64,000 nt of DNA from Octopus vulgaris (Eukaryota): positions 72,106,001 through 72,170,000 of the forward strand of contig OX597821.1 in the NCBI GenBank assembly GCA_951406725.2, read 5' to 3'. Position numbers and translations under genes: made by a program. The notes below the pieces were generated by a model. It did no database searches. It saw only the letters and a program-made list of their open reading frames with translations, and was not told the DNA's origin. The stretch's first letter is position 1; every line of letters starts with the position of its first letter. Of the stretch, positions 14,496 to 28,961 are shown one piece after another.

Positions 14496-14660
14496 AGTAA
14501 CAAATATATACAGGTGTCAATTCATTACGGCCGTTTCAAGCGACTCCTATAATTGATTAATGAAGACATTTCTTTCAAATGATGTAATGTTTTCATTAAT
14601 CAATTAAAGGAGTCGCTTGAAACGGCCGTAATGAATTGACACCTGAATATCTTTGTTACT
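14496..14660. repeat. Fold-back palindrome of a Penelope-like terminus
   Basis: caggtgtcaattcattacggccgtttcaagcgactcct... mirrored by ...aggagtcgcttgaaacggccgtaatgaattgacacctg. Confidence 0.9.
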
Positions 14661-14939
14661 CGTTTATATTTTATTCACCTAACTTGGAATCTACACTTCG
14701 GAAATACTATAGAAATAACCTTTATAAAAAGTACATGTCTGAATTACCAAGAGCGGATATCTTCACCTAGCTGGAATATCAGGTACAAACACCACTGCAC
14801 GGAGTCTTAATATTCAATATTCAATTAATATTTTTTGGGTGTGCAGATTATACCTAACAAGGTGCCTCAACTCAAGTGCGCAATTCAACAGAATCTTAAT
14901 TATATATAGAGAGAAAGACATACACACATTCTGAAATCA

Positions 14940-15260
14940 TTTCTTGATCTTCGTTATCATCCTTGTACTCTTGTTCGTTAGCTTCGTCTTCGGAAGAGGT
15001 AAACCCAAGAGTGTCTCAGAGTGCCGAAAGAATATTGGAATAAGACTTTTTACAACTTTTTTTGCCGAAACCATTTTGAGTTGACTCTTACAAAAATAAC
15101 AGCCACTTGTGTGGTCCCCTGGGCTCTCGCCAAACCATAGGAACTCCAAACAACAGGCCCTTTCATTTTCCTTCTGTCCAGTCACGAAGCATTTCCTCAC
15201 AGTTATGACACATAACATGAGGGCCCCATTTTCCGTTTTGATCGCTAAGGAGATCAAGAC
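14940..15260 (-). mobile_element. DNA-transposon transposase N-terminal Cys-rich remnant (superfamily not assigned)
   Basis: Frameshift-joined translation DQNGKWGPHVMCHNCEEMLRDWTEGK*..FGVPMVWREP/DHTSGCYFC. Confidence 0.6.
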
Positions 15261-15499
15261 GTGGGAGGTGGGGGCATGTGTGTGTGTGTGGGGGGGGGCG
15301 TGTGTGTGTACACGCGCGTATAAATAACGTAGTCGGATCCAATCAATCGTGGTAAAACCAATTCGAAACCAACAAATGTTTCTTATGCGATGATTAAATC
15401 TGTGAGTGAAAGGAATGGACGAAGGAGTCAAACACGACAAATGTTAGGCCAAATAAGCAACACTGGTTGTTTTCGAATTGGAATTGGTGTTGTATATAT

Positions 15500-15935
15500 A
15501 CGTGTGTGCGTGTGCGTGTGCGCGCGTTTGTGCGTGTGCGTGTGCGCACGTGTGTGCGTGTGCGACGTGTGTGCGTGTAGGGCGCGTGTGTGCGCGTGCG
15601 CGTGTGTGCGCGCGTGTGCGTGTGCGCGTGTGTGTGCGTGTGCGCGCGCGTGTGCGTGTGCGCGCGCGTGTGCGTGTGCGCGCGCGTGTGCGTGTGCGCG
15701 CGCGTGTGCGTGTGCGCGCGCGTGTGCGTGTGCGTGTGCGCGCGCGTGTGCGTGTGCGCGCGCGTGTGCGTGTGCGCGCGCGTGTGCGTGTGCGCGCGCG
15801 TGTGCGTGTGCGCGCGCGTGTGCGTGTGCGCGCGCGTGTGCGTGTGCGCGCGCGTGTGCGTGTGCGCGCGCGTGTGCGTGTGCGCGCGCGTGTGCGTGTG
15901 CGCGCGTGTGTGCGTGTGCGCGCGCGTGTGCGTGT
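15500..15935. repeat. CpG-rich alternating purine-pyrimidine minisatellite (18-bp unit gcgcgcgcgtgtgcgtgt)
   Basis: Direct sequence; 6-aa periodicity (ACARAC) in the ORF track. Confidence 0.95.
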
Positions 15936-16250
15936 GAACTCAATACTAGGTGCCCCAACCAATCCTGGCACCCTATATGTTGATATACCTAGATTCTAAC
16001 GAATCCTTTAACTGATCTATATGTGTGCCTCTATCACTTATATATATGTGTGTGTGTGTGTGTATGTCTATATATAGATATACATATACACACACACACA
16101 TACACACATATAGTGCCTGTGTGTGCGTGTATGTGTGTGTGTGTGTGTGTGTGCGTGTGTGTGCGTGCCTGTGTGTTTGTGTACATCAGTATATATGCAT
16201 ATATGTTTATTACTTTTTTTTACATGTAACGAGACACGGAGAGATTGAGC

Positions 16251-16284
<34 letters not shown>

Positions 16285-17234
16285 GCGAGAATAATTAGAA
16301 TTGTTAGGAAAAGAAATTGGAAGTTTTAAGAGAAGGAAAAGATTAGGAAGCTGTATGTCTTCGGATATTTAAGTGGAAAACTATAAAGTCTGCCACCATT
16401 TCCATAGAAGTTTGGAATTAAACATTTACAACGAAGGAAGAAAATAAAAATATTAACCCGCTGATAACCTCTCACCGATTAACCCACGATCTGTTGACAT
16501 GCTTTTAGTTTGGCCGACCTTATCGTTCGTTATTGCCACTCTTTCTGCTACCGTCGCTGTTGTTGATGCTGCTGCTGTTATTGTTGTTGTTGCTGTTGTT
16601 GTTGTTGTTGTTGTTGTTGGAGGTGGTATCATTCCTGGAGCTGCTACCACTGACGTTGTTGATGCTGCTATTAACGTCGCTTTTCAGAGCCCCTAATGCC
16701 ATCCCAGTACCCCTTACACAACCTAATTGCACCTGTCAGTCTCCCTTTCCCAAGCTGTCTGTTATTCCCAAGTCGTCCGTCCCCTTTTTTTCTATCCTGT
16801 CCCTATTACATCTCCATTCCAAAACCCTTAAACTTTATCTTATCACATACACTACGCTTCTCATTTATTTCGTTTTGTTTCAGTTCTTTGTTAATGTTTT
16901 ACACGGCGATTCTCCGACCTTTATTTCAAGTACGTCTTCAATATTCCCTTTTTTTTTTTGTCTTTTTTACTGATCCTTTTCCTAACATTTGAGAACTTTA
17001 CCACTTTTGTTATATAAGAAACTGCCCTACTTCTTACCCTAACGTATCACCCTTCCGATGGTTTCAGTTTTGCAAACTCTATCACATCTCACATTCAAAA
17101 CACTTTCATTTCTCATTCTAATTAAGCCTGGCTTTCTAATATCACAAATTCCTAAATATTACACTACTTGACGCAATTTTTCGCCCATTCTCTCCCTCTC
17201 TCTCCGTCTCTCTTTCTCTTTCTCTTTCCTTTCG

Positions 17235-17266
<32 letters not shown>

Positions 17267-17358
17267 ATCTATCTATCTCTCTATTTCTCCTTCACTAATT
17301 TCTTTCTTTCTTCACCTATGTATTTGATCTCCTTTCCTCTTTAATATAAATACGAGTC

Positions 17359-17835
17359 AAGGAGACAAAGATGGCAGAATCGTTAGTACGTTGGGCAAGC
17401 TGCTTATCAGCATTTTATCCGTTTTTACATTTCTGAGTTCAAATTCCGCCGAGGTCAGCTTTACCTTTCATCCCTTCAGAGTCGATAAAATAAATACTTG
17501 ATTCTTTACTACCCACAAGGGGCTAAACACAGAGGGGACAAACAAGGACAGACACACGGATTAAGTCGATTATATCGACCCAGTGCGTAACTGGTACTTA
17601 ATTTATCGACCCCGAAAGGATGAAAGGCAAAGTCGACTTCGGTGGAATTTGAACTCAGAACATAGCGGCAGACGAAATACTGCTAAGCATTTCGCCCAGC
17701 GTGCTAACGTTTCTGCCAGCTCGCCGCCTTTAATAAATAAATAAAATAAATACCAGTTGCGCACTGGAGTCAATGTAATCTACTTACCCTTTCACCTCGA
17801 ACTTGCTGGCCTTGTGCTAAAATTTGAAACCAATA
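17359..17835. mobile_element. Nested SINEs (family A, Meta/MESC-like core): minus copy about 17500-17730 inside a plus copy
   Basis: Core gtcgactttgcctttcatcctttcggggtcgataaa..gtaccag on both strands; 13-bp duplication ataaaataaatac at 17485-17497 and 17741-17753. Confidence 0.85.
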
Positions 17836-18332
17836 TAAATTCGAGCTGCTTTCCAATTTGAGGGCTGAACCAAGACAGATGGCTCGATTGGCTGCCAAAT
17901 GAACAGTCTTGAGAATCATTATTTGCGCTGAAGACGGCAAGATAGGAATCGATTGTTTGCATATTTTTGCTAAAACGTTCCGCCAGATTCGAATACAAAA
18001 ACGCTATTCACTGGTGCATGCGTCAAAGGAGAACAACTTTTCCTTTTTATGACAACAATACATTCATAGCACACTCGGCTCATTGGTGCAAGGAATTCAG
18101 GGACAGTGGTGTTTTGCAAACAGATGCTGGTTATCCTTTCAGCACCATATTATGTTAAATTGAATTGATTTGGAAGAAGGTGCAACACCAATGGTCTTCG
18201 TGGTTAATGTGCCTCTTGAACATTTGTAAGACGACAGCCGCAGAAGAATTATGGAAGGAGAGACATTTTAGGAAGGGTGAATTGGTAGTAATGGTTACAG
18301 TAAGTCAAGTGAAGACAATATGAATGGTAGAA

Positions 18333-18450
18333 AAAGGCGGCAAGCTGGCAGAAACGTTAGCACGCCGGGAGAAATGCTTAGCGGTATTTCGTCTGCCGTT
18401 ACGTTCGGAGTTCAAATTCCGCCGAGGTCGACTTTGCCTTTCATCCTTTC
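18333..18450 (+). mobile_element. SINE family A, 3'-truncated
   Basis: aaggcggcaagctggcagaaacgttagcacgccggg...gagttcaaattccgccgaggtcgactttgcctttcatcc. Confidence 0.85.
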
Positions 18451-21400
18451 GACTCCACTGAGCAGAGTATTCTTAATGTTATCTTCAGGCTGGGTGAGCA
18501 TGACGACAATATGTGACGTAGCTGGAGTTTTTAATTCTAGACATAATCCATCCGATGGTCTTCCGCACAGTTTCCGTAAATCCAATTTCACTCACGATAG
18601 GTCTTATTCAGGTAAGAATTTGCGCTTGAAGACTTTCTCGAAGAAATTGCGTCTAATGCTCATCTACATGAGTCAACCCGAGGCTATGGTAAAAATTGCC
18701 AAACAACGGGCTCGAACTCATGATATTGTGATAGAAAACCGAACTTCTTTATCATTCACTCATGCTATTTGCATCACTCACAGGCACGCATATACACACA
18801 CACACACACACACTCATATACATGCCTATACATACATGCACACACACACACACACAAACATACGCACATATTGGAAACGCATACACATTCATATTCATAT
18901 GCATGTATGTAATTGAGTGTGTATGTGTGTTGGTACGTTTGTGATTTTGTTGGTACCTGCAAACGTTTTTGCGGTTCTCTAAAGAGAAAATTTATATATA
19001 ATTCAGTAAACCTAACCCTGTCGCCATTTTGAATTTCGTTATGACTATCTTCTGTAAAAACAATAATGCCGGCTGTTACTCAAATATAATAAACATCATC
19101 GCTTAATCTGTTAGTGACGCCGTTACTTCTAATGTTATATACATCCAGTAGATTTGTAATAATATTTTACTTTCCAGACCTGTCTTGAAAAGATTTCAGC
19201 CAAAGCCGGATAAATTTCTTGCATGGTAATGTCATTTTATTTGGAATGTACCTGAATGATTCTTCTTCACCAACAGACTTTTGAGTTTCTTCCGTTAACA
19301 TGACGAATAAGTGGGGGAGAAAACGAAGACCTCGTGTTTAGTTCTAGTTAAGTGAATAAGGATTAAATAAATATGCCGTTATATGCAGCACCTATGATCT
19401 TCAATCCTTTCCCGACAACTCGATGAAATTAACTCATTCAGAATCACGGCTCAGCCAAGAAACAGAATGCAACGTCCGTTGAACATTTGAAAACATTATC
19501 TTTGAGCAAGTATGCTGTTACCTGGTCAACTCAGCCATTTTGTTCAGTTTTTTTTTCCGATGACGCTATTGAACATCTGATATACATACGACATGCATGT
19601 TAGATTTTGTTCTAATTCGAGCCCCCAAGGGCTTTAACAGTCTATAGTTTGATACACAGCCCTTAGGCGTAAACCCGTAAGTTCAATTAGGTTTCGTTTC
19701 TTTATATTTTTATTTTCATATTATATTAATTCGTTGCCGTTATAAATTTATCGCAAACTATTTATTACTATAGATAGAGAAAGTCATAAAACTAATGTGA
19801 TTTTCAAATAAATTAGAATTCTGTAGGGTCCGCATTCAAATGACTATTGCATCATTTATATAGAAACCGATATCCCCCGATTTATAAACATTGCTTAATT
19901 CTTGAATATTTTGTCAGCTTAATCCAACTTTAATGAAATTTTGACGTTTAGATTATATTTCAAGACGCCAATGTTTAACTGAATTATTTTTATAAACTTA
20001 TGTCAGGGTCTGCTTAATGAATCTATTTCTGAAATTTAAATTTCCGACACAAGTCTGATATATGGGCCTCCGTAGAGATTTCGATAAGATTAACGATGTT
20101 TTCCCGTTTCCACACGTCTAACCCAAAATAGCAAAGTGATAAATCTTCTAGAGGACTGGATTATGGATCAATGTTACTGGACCTTTCTTGCCTGTGTGTC
20201 AACAGATGCGCATTGAATAATTAGAGCAGCAGATTTATTCAATTCAGGAAACAAACTTTTTCCAAATTATTTATTTGTCATCTTAAGGAATGTGTATGGG
20301 CGTGCATATGTAATTCGTTTTCAACTGTTGAACTCGAAGCAGATAAAGCTAGAGATAATACCGAGTAAATATCGGGTCAATACCTCCTTTAGACAGAAAA
20401 CGATTGAAGGCTGCTTTGGGAACTCGAACCGACATGCCTTGTAAACATGAACAGGTGTTCTGTCATTGGAGAAAATCAATCCTTCGTATTTCTCTCCCCA
20501 TATTTGAGGCTTTATTCTTATCAGCGAGAATTCTTTCTTGTTGGAGTCATAAGAAGTTACAAACCTCGACATCTGTTACGTTTGCAGAAGTTGTGAATTC
20601 GAGTTCCACCGGTAGTCTTCGACATTTTCTATCCAAAAGGTTTTTCAACCCAATAACTATACGCTGATTTTTAAAATAACTCTCAATTGTTTAACAATTT
20701 TACAAGCGAAAATTCCTGCACACGGCGGAAAGAGAATTACAGAAACTGTAAACCAAATCCCTTTGTTTTACTATCTTCATTTCTCCCTTATTTTTCTCCC
20801 TCTTAACTCATTATAACTGAAACTTTCATGATATTCATTTCTTGTCGACCACTACTAACTCTATTGAATTTTGCTCATTTAAACAAGTTGACCAACAGTT
20901 TTTATATTATTGATTGTTATGAACATTTAAACTTGTCAACATTGAAGCTTTTAAACATGCTTTTCTAATTGATAATTCTAAATTTTCACCATTGATAAAC
21001 AAAAAATATTGTTGAAACTAGTTTGGTATGTAAGTAAATCTATTTTAAAACAATCACAAGTTTTTCAAATTTAGGGGCATTTTTAACAACAAATCTGCCT
21101 ATATTTTTCCTACGTGGAAATACACTCCCGCTTTTATTATATATAAATACAGACATATATACTCCTGCATGCACACACATACATACATACCATATCATAC
21201 ATACATACATACATACACACACACACATACATACATACATACATACATACATACATACATACATACATACATACATACATACATACATACATACATACAT
21301 ACATACAAGCACATCCTTATGCTTGGTAAAGCTTCTATTTAATTATCTCTTTAACTTTCTTGTTAAAAGTTTCCACTGCGAAATCCTCACCGAATGACTC

Positions 21401-21580
21401 CCAGAATTCCCTGTTAGCTCCATCAGTTTATTCCATTTGGTTTCTTCGGAAAGAAAGTGACACTTTTGCAGATGACACTTTTGAAAGGAAATTGATAAGA
21501 TTACAGTTATATTCCTTATCGTAGTTGTCGTCGTCGTCGTCGTCGTCGTCGTCGTCTTCGTCGCCGTCGTCGTCCTCGTC

Positions 21581-22510
<930 letters not shown>

Positions 22511-22784
22511 CTTATTGTCTTTACATAGCTTCTAACGCTGGAGATGTACTACGGTGTCAGCTGTTCACTACCAGTGAACTAAGGTAACACCCCTTAATTT
22601 TTCGAGCACCATCCAGAGTACTCGAGCGGTTCAAACCAGTGTTGTTTTCTGCAAGCGCTCCACCCTCATTGCAGCCCCTATTTGTTCCCCGTACTTCTCA
22701 AGATTTTTACTCGCTGTTCCCAGGGTTCTGACAATTATTGGTACTACTACCACCTTTTTCATCGACCACAACTGCTTAATCTCC

Positions 22785-22785
<1 letters not shown>
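22511..22785 (-). mobile_element. 3' end of an R4/Dong-like RLE retrotransposon in (TAA)n
   Basis: Minus translation VVVPIIVRTLGTASKNLEKY..VERLQKTTLV*TARVLWMVLE then UTR and (TAA)n. Confidence 0.7.
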
Positions 22786-22869
<84 letters not shown>

Positions 22870-22870
<1 letters not shown>

Positions 22871-23025
22871 TATGTTTGACTTTCGCTCTATATTTGTACA
22901 AGTTGGCTCCAAGTCTCACCCAGAGACCTCAAGAGACAACAGGTTGGAAGTTCGTGATGTTATGCCTAGTGTGCCATATATTTGGTTTTGTATTTTGTGT
23001 TGTACTAGTAAATGTCAAAAAAATT
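22870..23025 (-). mobile_element. Probable 3' UTR fragment of a second (TAA)n-targeted retroelement
   Basis: Unique segment between (TTA)n tracts, ending in ...gtcaaacatagaataataa on the minus strand. Confidence 0.45.
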
Positions 23026-23057
23026 ATAATCATTATTATTATTATTATTATTATTAA

Positions 23058-23112
<55 letters not shown>

Positions 23113-23239
23113 ATTATTATTATCATTATTGTTGTTGTTGTTGTGGTCGTTGTCATTCATTTTTTCTTCTATCTAAAGTCGTTTCTTGATCGTTTTATTT
23201 TCCGCATATTTTATTCCACTTTTGCTTTACTCTTTTACT

Positions 23240-23647
23240 CTTTTTACTTGTTTCAGTCATTTTACTGCGGCCCTGCTGGAGCACCGCCTTTAGTCAAGCA
23301 AATCAACCCCAGGATGTATTTTTTGTAAGCCTAGTACTTATTCTATCGGTCTCTTTTGCCGAACCGCTAGGTTACGGGGACCAGCATCGATTGTCAAGTG
23401 ATGTTGGGGGGACAGACACAGACACACAAACGTATACACACACACACACAAACGTATACACACACACACACACACACTATATATACATATATATATACGA
23501 CGAGCTTCTTTCAGTTTCCGTCTACCAAATCCAATCACAAGGCTTTGGTCAGCCCGAGGCTGTAGTAGAAGTCACTTGCCCAAGGTGCAACGCGATGGGA
23601 CTGAACCCAGAACCATGTGGCTGGTAAGCAATCTACTTACCACACAT
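23240..23647 (-). mobile_element. SINE family C with internal (CA)/(TA) microsatellite
   Basis: Head tgtgtggtaagtagattgcttacc..gggttcagtccc; tail gctccagcagggccgcagtaaaatgactgaaacaagtaaa; homologous to 42818-43345. Confidence 0.85.
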
Positions 23648-24008
23648 TCTTTGTTTATTTCGATTTAATGTTTCTTTAAAAGAGCTGGTTTTTAGGGCAG
23701 CGTTTCTACTGTTTAATTAATTACTCATGTTATTCCTTATGTTATTCGTGTTAATAGTAACTCGTTTCCTTTTCCAAAGTCATTTCACATAACAGACCCC
23801 CGATGTATAAGCTTTTAGCATAACATATCTGCAACACGCGCATTTGTTGGGGTTTGTGTTTAAAAGGGAATAAACAAAAGTCAACGTATTAGGAAAATAA
23901 TTTAACTCAAAAAAATTAGACTTATTCTTACAGCACACTTACATACACACACACACACATACACACACACGTATTATACATGTGTGTGAGTATTTATGTA
24001 ATATATAT

Positions 24009-24094
<86 letters not shown>

Positions 24095-24095
<1 letters not shown>

Positions 24096-24790
24096 CTTTT
24101 ATTTTTATCTTTTACTGGTTTCAGCCCAGGGCTGAGGTCATGCTGGTGCACCACCTGTGGTTATTCCTATATTGTTTCCAGTAGTGTTTTTGGTAAAGTA
24201 CCAAAATGGACGGAGCTGCTCTTCTTTGCGTCTCCTGCCGCTATGTGGGCTCATCTGGTATCTCAGATAGAAACCTGTCCAGACGTTCCTTGAAAACCTC
24301 CCCAATCAACACCATGAAGATCTCTACGGTTGCCTGGAAGGATGTTGAACGACTACGGACCCTTTAAACCCAGACTATTGTAGTACTGAGTCATTATTTT
24401 AGATGGATGAGACGGGATTTTTGCTATGATGCAGTATCGTCCAGTTCGAGGATTGGTCTAGCTGTCAATTCCAAAATTGGGAGCTAAACCCTCCAAGATC
24501 TTCTAAATATATATCATCGCATATCTCTCTCGTCTTCTTTCCAGGGAACAGAAACTCAGCTCCTTTAGCCTCTCCCAGTAGCGCCCATCTTTTGCATCGA
24601 GTCAATCTTCTTTGTGTATTGGCACAGGATTGCTTCGAGTTCCACAGTTTGTTTCACACTCTCTGGGGACCATAGCTGGCAGCAGTAGTCCAAGCGGCTG
24701 AGACCGAAAGTCTTCCATAGGAGTAGCATGGCTTCTCTTATCCTGATTCTGAATGTCCTCAGAATCCACTGTACATTTTATTATGTTACA
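24095..24790 (-). mobile_element. CR1/L2-group LINE 3' remnant
   Basis: Minus translation LSRLDYCCQLWSP and YWERLKELSFCSLERRRERYAMIYI*KILEG. Confidence 0.75.
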
Positions 24791-24859
24791 CAAAAGTATG
24801 TAGTAACCTCAGGATAATGTAAAATTTTCTTTATTGTAATTAAACATAAAAGCTGACAA

Positions 24860-24937
24860 ATAGACAGACAGACAGACAGACAGATAGATACATACATACA
24901 TACATACATAGACAGACAGATAGACAGACAGACAGAC

Positions 24938-25036
<99 letters not shown>

Positions 25037-25136
25037 TAGATAGATAGATACATACATACATACATACATACATACATACATACATACATACATACATACA
25101 TACATACATACATAGACAGGCAGACAGACAGACATC

Positions 25137-25227
<91 letters not shown>
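24860..25227. repeat. Compound (GACA)/(GATA)/(CATA) tetranucleotide array
   Basis: Direct sequence. Confidence 0.95.
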
Positions 25228-27099
25228 AACTTAATGCGCATACACAGTAGAGTTCAAGGTCAACTTGTGCCGAGCGTGCTTTAGCTTCGTTATTATGGCA
25301 ACAGTCTGGAAACTTGATCAGACCATATATATATAATACCATATAATATCATACATCCCTTAACGAGGGAATTTTGACTTATTTACTTTAAAAACAAAGC
25401 AGAAAATATGATACGAATTTACTGAATTAGGTTAAGCACCTTTTGCACATTGTTACAGAAATAAAATGGCAGAGCCTTGCCAAGGGAGACCAAAGTTACA
25501 CGCCACACAATATAATCTTTATTATGTAAACCAGCTTAATCTCGTGACGATTGTTTTATAATCAACTACAAGTTAATAAGAGCTTAGGATCAGCAACTGT
25601 GGTAGTAAAATTTAATATCTGCTTAGAGATTCCTAGATAGTTATTGTGGAGATGTTAAACATTAACTGTGTTTACAATAATAATATTTAGATTTACAGTG
25701 ATATAGAAACGCATACTGTAAACAACAGAATGTTTATAAAGTGCTTTAAGTTGGGTCATGATAAAGCTGTAACGAGTAAACTAAACAGGATGTGAAACTT
25801 GGAAGATTGAAAATTACGATAATCCGATTCGCGATCATGTGTTCTTAACATTCATTTCTTAATCAAAAGAATTCTTTTATTATCAGTCTGTGATTAGTGT
25901 TTTTGCGATTTTCATTAAAAGCTGTATTTGCTATTGTCTTAAATGATACAAGATAAAACGTTCAAATTTCCAGTTGATGTGTTTGACAGCCATATTTTAT
26001 TAGGTGTCTATGTTTTGAGTACGATAAAGATAAATTATAGATATTCTTATTATTTTATTTTTCCCCATTAATTATTTATGTGATAGCATTAGAATTACAC
26101 TTTTATAGATATTTTTACCTTATATAAATAATAAAACTAAAACATTTTAAATTGATATCGCCATAAAATATAATATACTTTACATATAAATTGACTACAT
26201 CATTAATCTACGATTTGTGAGCAGCAATCCGAAGTGGGAACCCCTGTAATGTCGTTTGGCCTTCTAAATATCGCAAAAGAGACCAAAGGTCCTTCCCAAG
26301 CCATAGACTCATAAAGTCAGTTTCCTGCATTCTGTAGCGTATATATTCCCCCACAGGACGAGGCCCCATCCACAGTGCTGCTCATTTTTGCCAACTGAGG
26401 AGGCTCGAACAACGTGAAATAAACTCATCGAAACCACAATCTACAACCATCAATACAAGACCTTAACCCCTAAACCACGTGCCTCCACCCTTCAAGAAAT
26501 AATAGTAATATATTGTTCAAGTCACTCTCTACAGTCTTAACTTTACATTATCTAATGTAGTCCAGGATATATGCAGCCAAAATAAAGACGGTATGGATGG
26601 ATGGATGGTCATGGCTGGACCTATTTTTATCATAGATCTGTTTGATTATGGATGACCTGGTACTAATGAGCAACTATTTAAAACTTTATACTAACGTGAA
26701 ATATATGTAATTAAATGTAAAACTTTTTTTTTTTAAATCTTCATTCGATGAATCTTTCCATATTTCAAATAATTTATGAAACATTTGGAATTGGTTGTAC
26801 TTTAATACGAGTACGAAAACAAAACTGCTATCTTTAAAATAGGGGATGTTAATAGGTGAGTGGGTGAGGTAACAATGGTTACGATGGGCGAGAGGCAATG
26901 GTTCAACACCTGTATGATGGTGGTCAAGATTATTTGTTCTTACTGGATGCGTTGTGTCGTCGTCACAGTTGCTTCTTTTGTTAATTGTTGATTGTTGCTG
27001 CAGACGCAGCACAAGCGGTGGTAGCTACAGTATGGTTACTCATGGTTACCCATGGTTACTCATATCACTGAATTTCATATTGTTGCTGTTGCCGTTGTA

Positions 27100-27330
27100 G
27101 AGTTATTGGCAATCAATATTAAGGTTAGCCTTGTGCTCTTCAGAAGACCGCACTTATAACACCAAGGCCTCCTTCTTTCTGACGCAGCCAACAACCCAAA
27201 ATTGTGTATTTTCCTTTGGCGTAAACCTGCTTGACATTTGTTCGAAATCCCCAGAGTGTCATGAACTTTTGCAATTTTGTGATTACACCAGAGCGGTTTC
27301 GTTTGGAGAAAACCTTTACGTTACAATTTC
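27100..27330 (-). mobile_element. Possible LINE ORF1 (zinc-knuckle) remnant
   Basis: Minus translation ..RRRPWCYKCG.. followed by H in a shifted frame, resembling a CX2CX4HX4C knuckle. Confidence 0.35.
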
Positions 27331-27624
27331 CCTCTGTCCTTCACCTTCAGTCACCGACACTCATGGTTCCAACAATGGTAACACATCCGTTACATTCTCC
27401 ACCTCCTGCTTTTCCATCGAGTTGCATATTACATTAGAATATGTAATAATATTTAATACTTTATTGCTTTCTATTAAATATTACTTTCGACATATATATC
27501 TACATATACATGTGTGTGTGCATGTATATTTACATACATATATATATATTATATTTACATATATATATATATATATACATATATCATATATATATATATG
27601 TGTGTGTTATGTGTGTATGCATGT

Positions 27625-27704
<80 letters not shown>

Positions 27705-28256
27705 TGTGTGTGTATGTGGGTTGCAGTCTTATTGCAATGATTTCCTTCCACAACAGCCACGGCGGAATTTTTTTAAATAAAGATGTTTATCTTGGCCAGA
27801 AATAAAGTTTCGAATTTTTCCTGAAAAAAGATATTCAACAAAGATACTTTTTCTCCGATTACAAAAAATGCGACAAATCAAATGTAGGAATAAAAACTAA
27901 TTTACATCCAATGAAATAACTATTTTTTTTTATATACTTCGTCAGACTTGTGAGGGAGTCTGACCAGGCCATTAAAGATAATATTGATTTCTTTATTTGC
28001 CACAAGGGTGGCACGCTAATAATAATGACATGATTTTTTTAACATAAGCAGAAGGGTCAACAGTTGTTAACGAACAAAAGTCATACTAAAGTGGTACTTT
28101 ATTTTATCGATTATGGAAGAAAAGCAAAGTCGACTTCGATACCATTTTAATTCGGAAAGCAAAACAATGTAATTAAAAACCAAGAAGCACTAACGATTCC
28201 GACATCCATCAATAATAATAATAATAATAATGACAATAATAATAATAATAATAATG

Positions 28257-28359
<103 letters not shown>

Positions 28360-28916
28360 CAACATCAACAAAAATAAAAAACCTTCAATTCCCAGAGGTT
28401 AAGATAGAAATGGTAAAATTCTTTAAATGTGTCCCCAGCTGAAACATTGAGAAATTAGTTCATTGTGAAATCAGTTAAATCAACAAAACGTTTGGGGTGT
28501 AAAGCCACGTGACAGGACGATGAGCTTGTTTCCTGTTGTTACTCTAAAGTAAAAAAGAAAAAAATACAAAAGTGAACCATCAACCACAGAATTGGTGGAG
28601 TTAATGATTAGCCCAGGTTCGAATACGAATCAAGGGTTTGGAACATATCACCATAGTGGCTCTCTTCATACTTCTAAACTCATGAGGATCGTATTGGTAC
28701 ATAAACATACACATACTCCTATAGAAAAAAAGATCGAGTCCCACGGGCAGGCAGCGACTTTTTTCTACCCGACAGGGTCTTTAAATCCAATATTTATATG
28801 CTATTTATAACTTAATCTACTTCGAGATCCACTGCTTTCCAAAAAGAAATTATTTCACGTTCTCTACAAAGTCTATAAATCTTTATGACGTCAGCTACAC
28901 AAACAAACGCACACAC

Positions 28917-28958
<42 letters not shown>

Positions 28959-28961
<3 letters not shown>

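Noticed and set aside
15390-15999. Several 115-197-aa ORFs (ACARAC/RARVRV repeats)
   Set aside because: Translations of the 18-bp minisatellite
19800-21150. Possible coding or Helitron-derived region
   Set aside because: Stops in all frames and no recognisable motif; only a weak Helitron-like end near 21145
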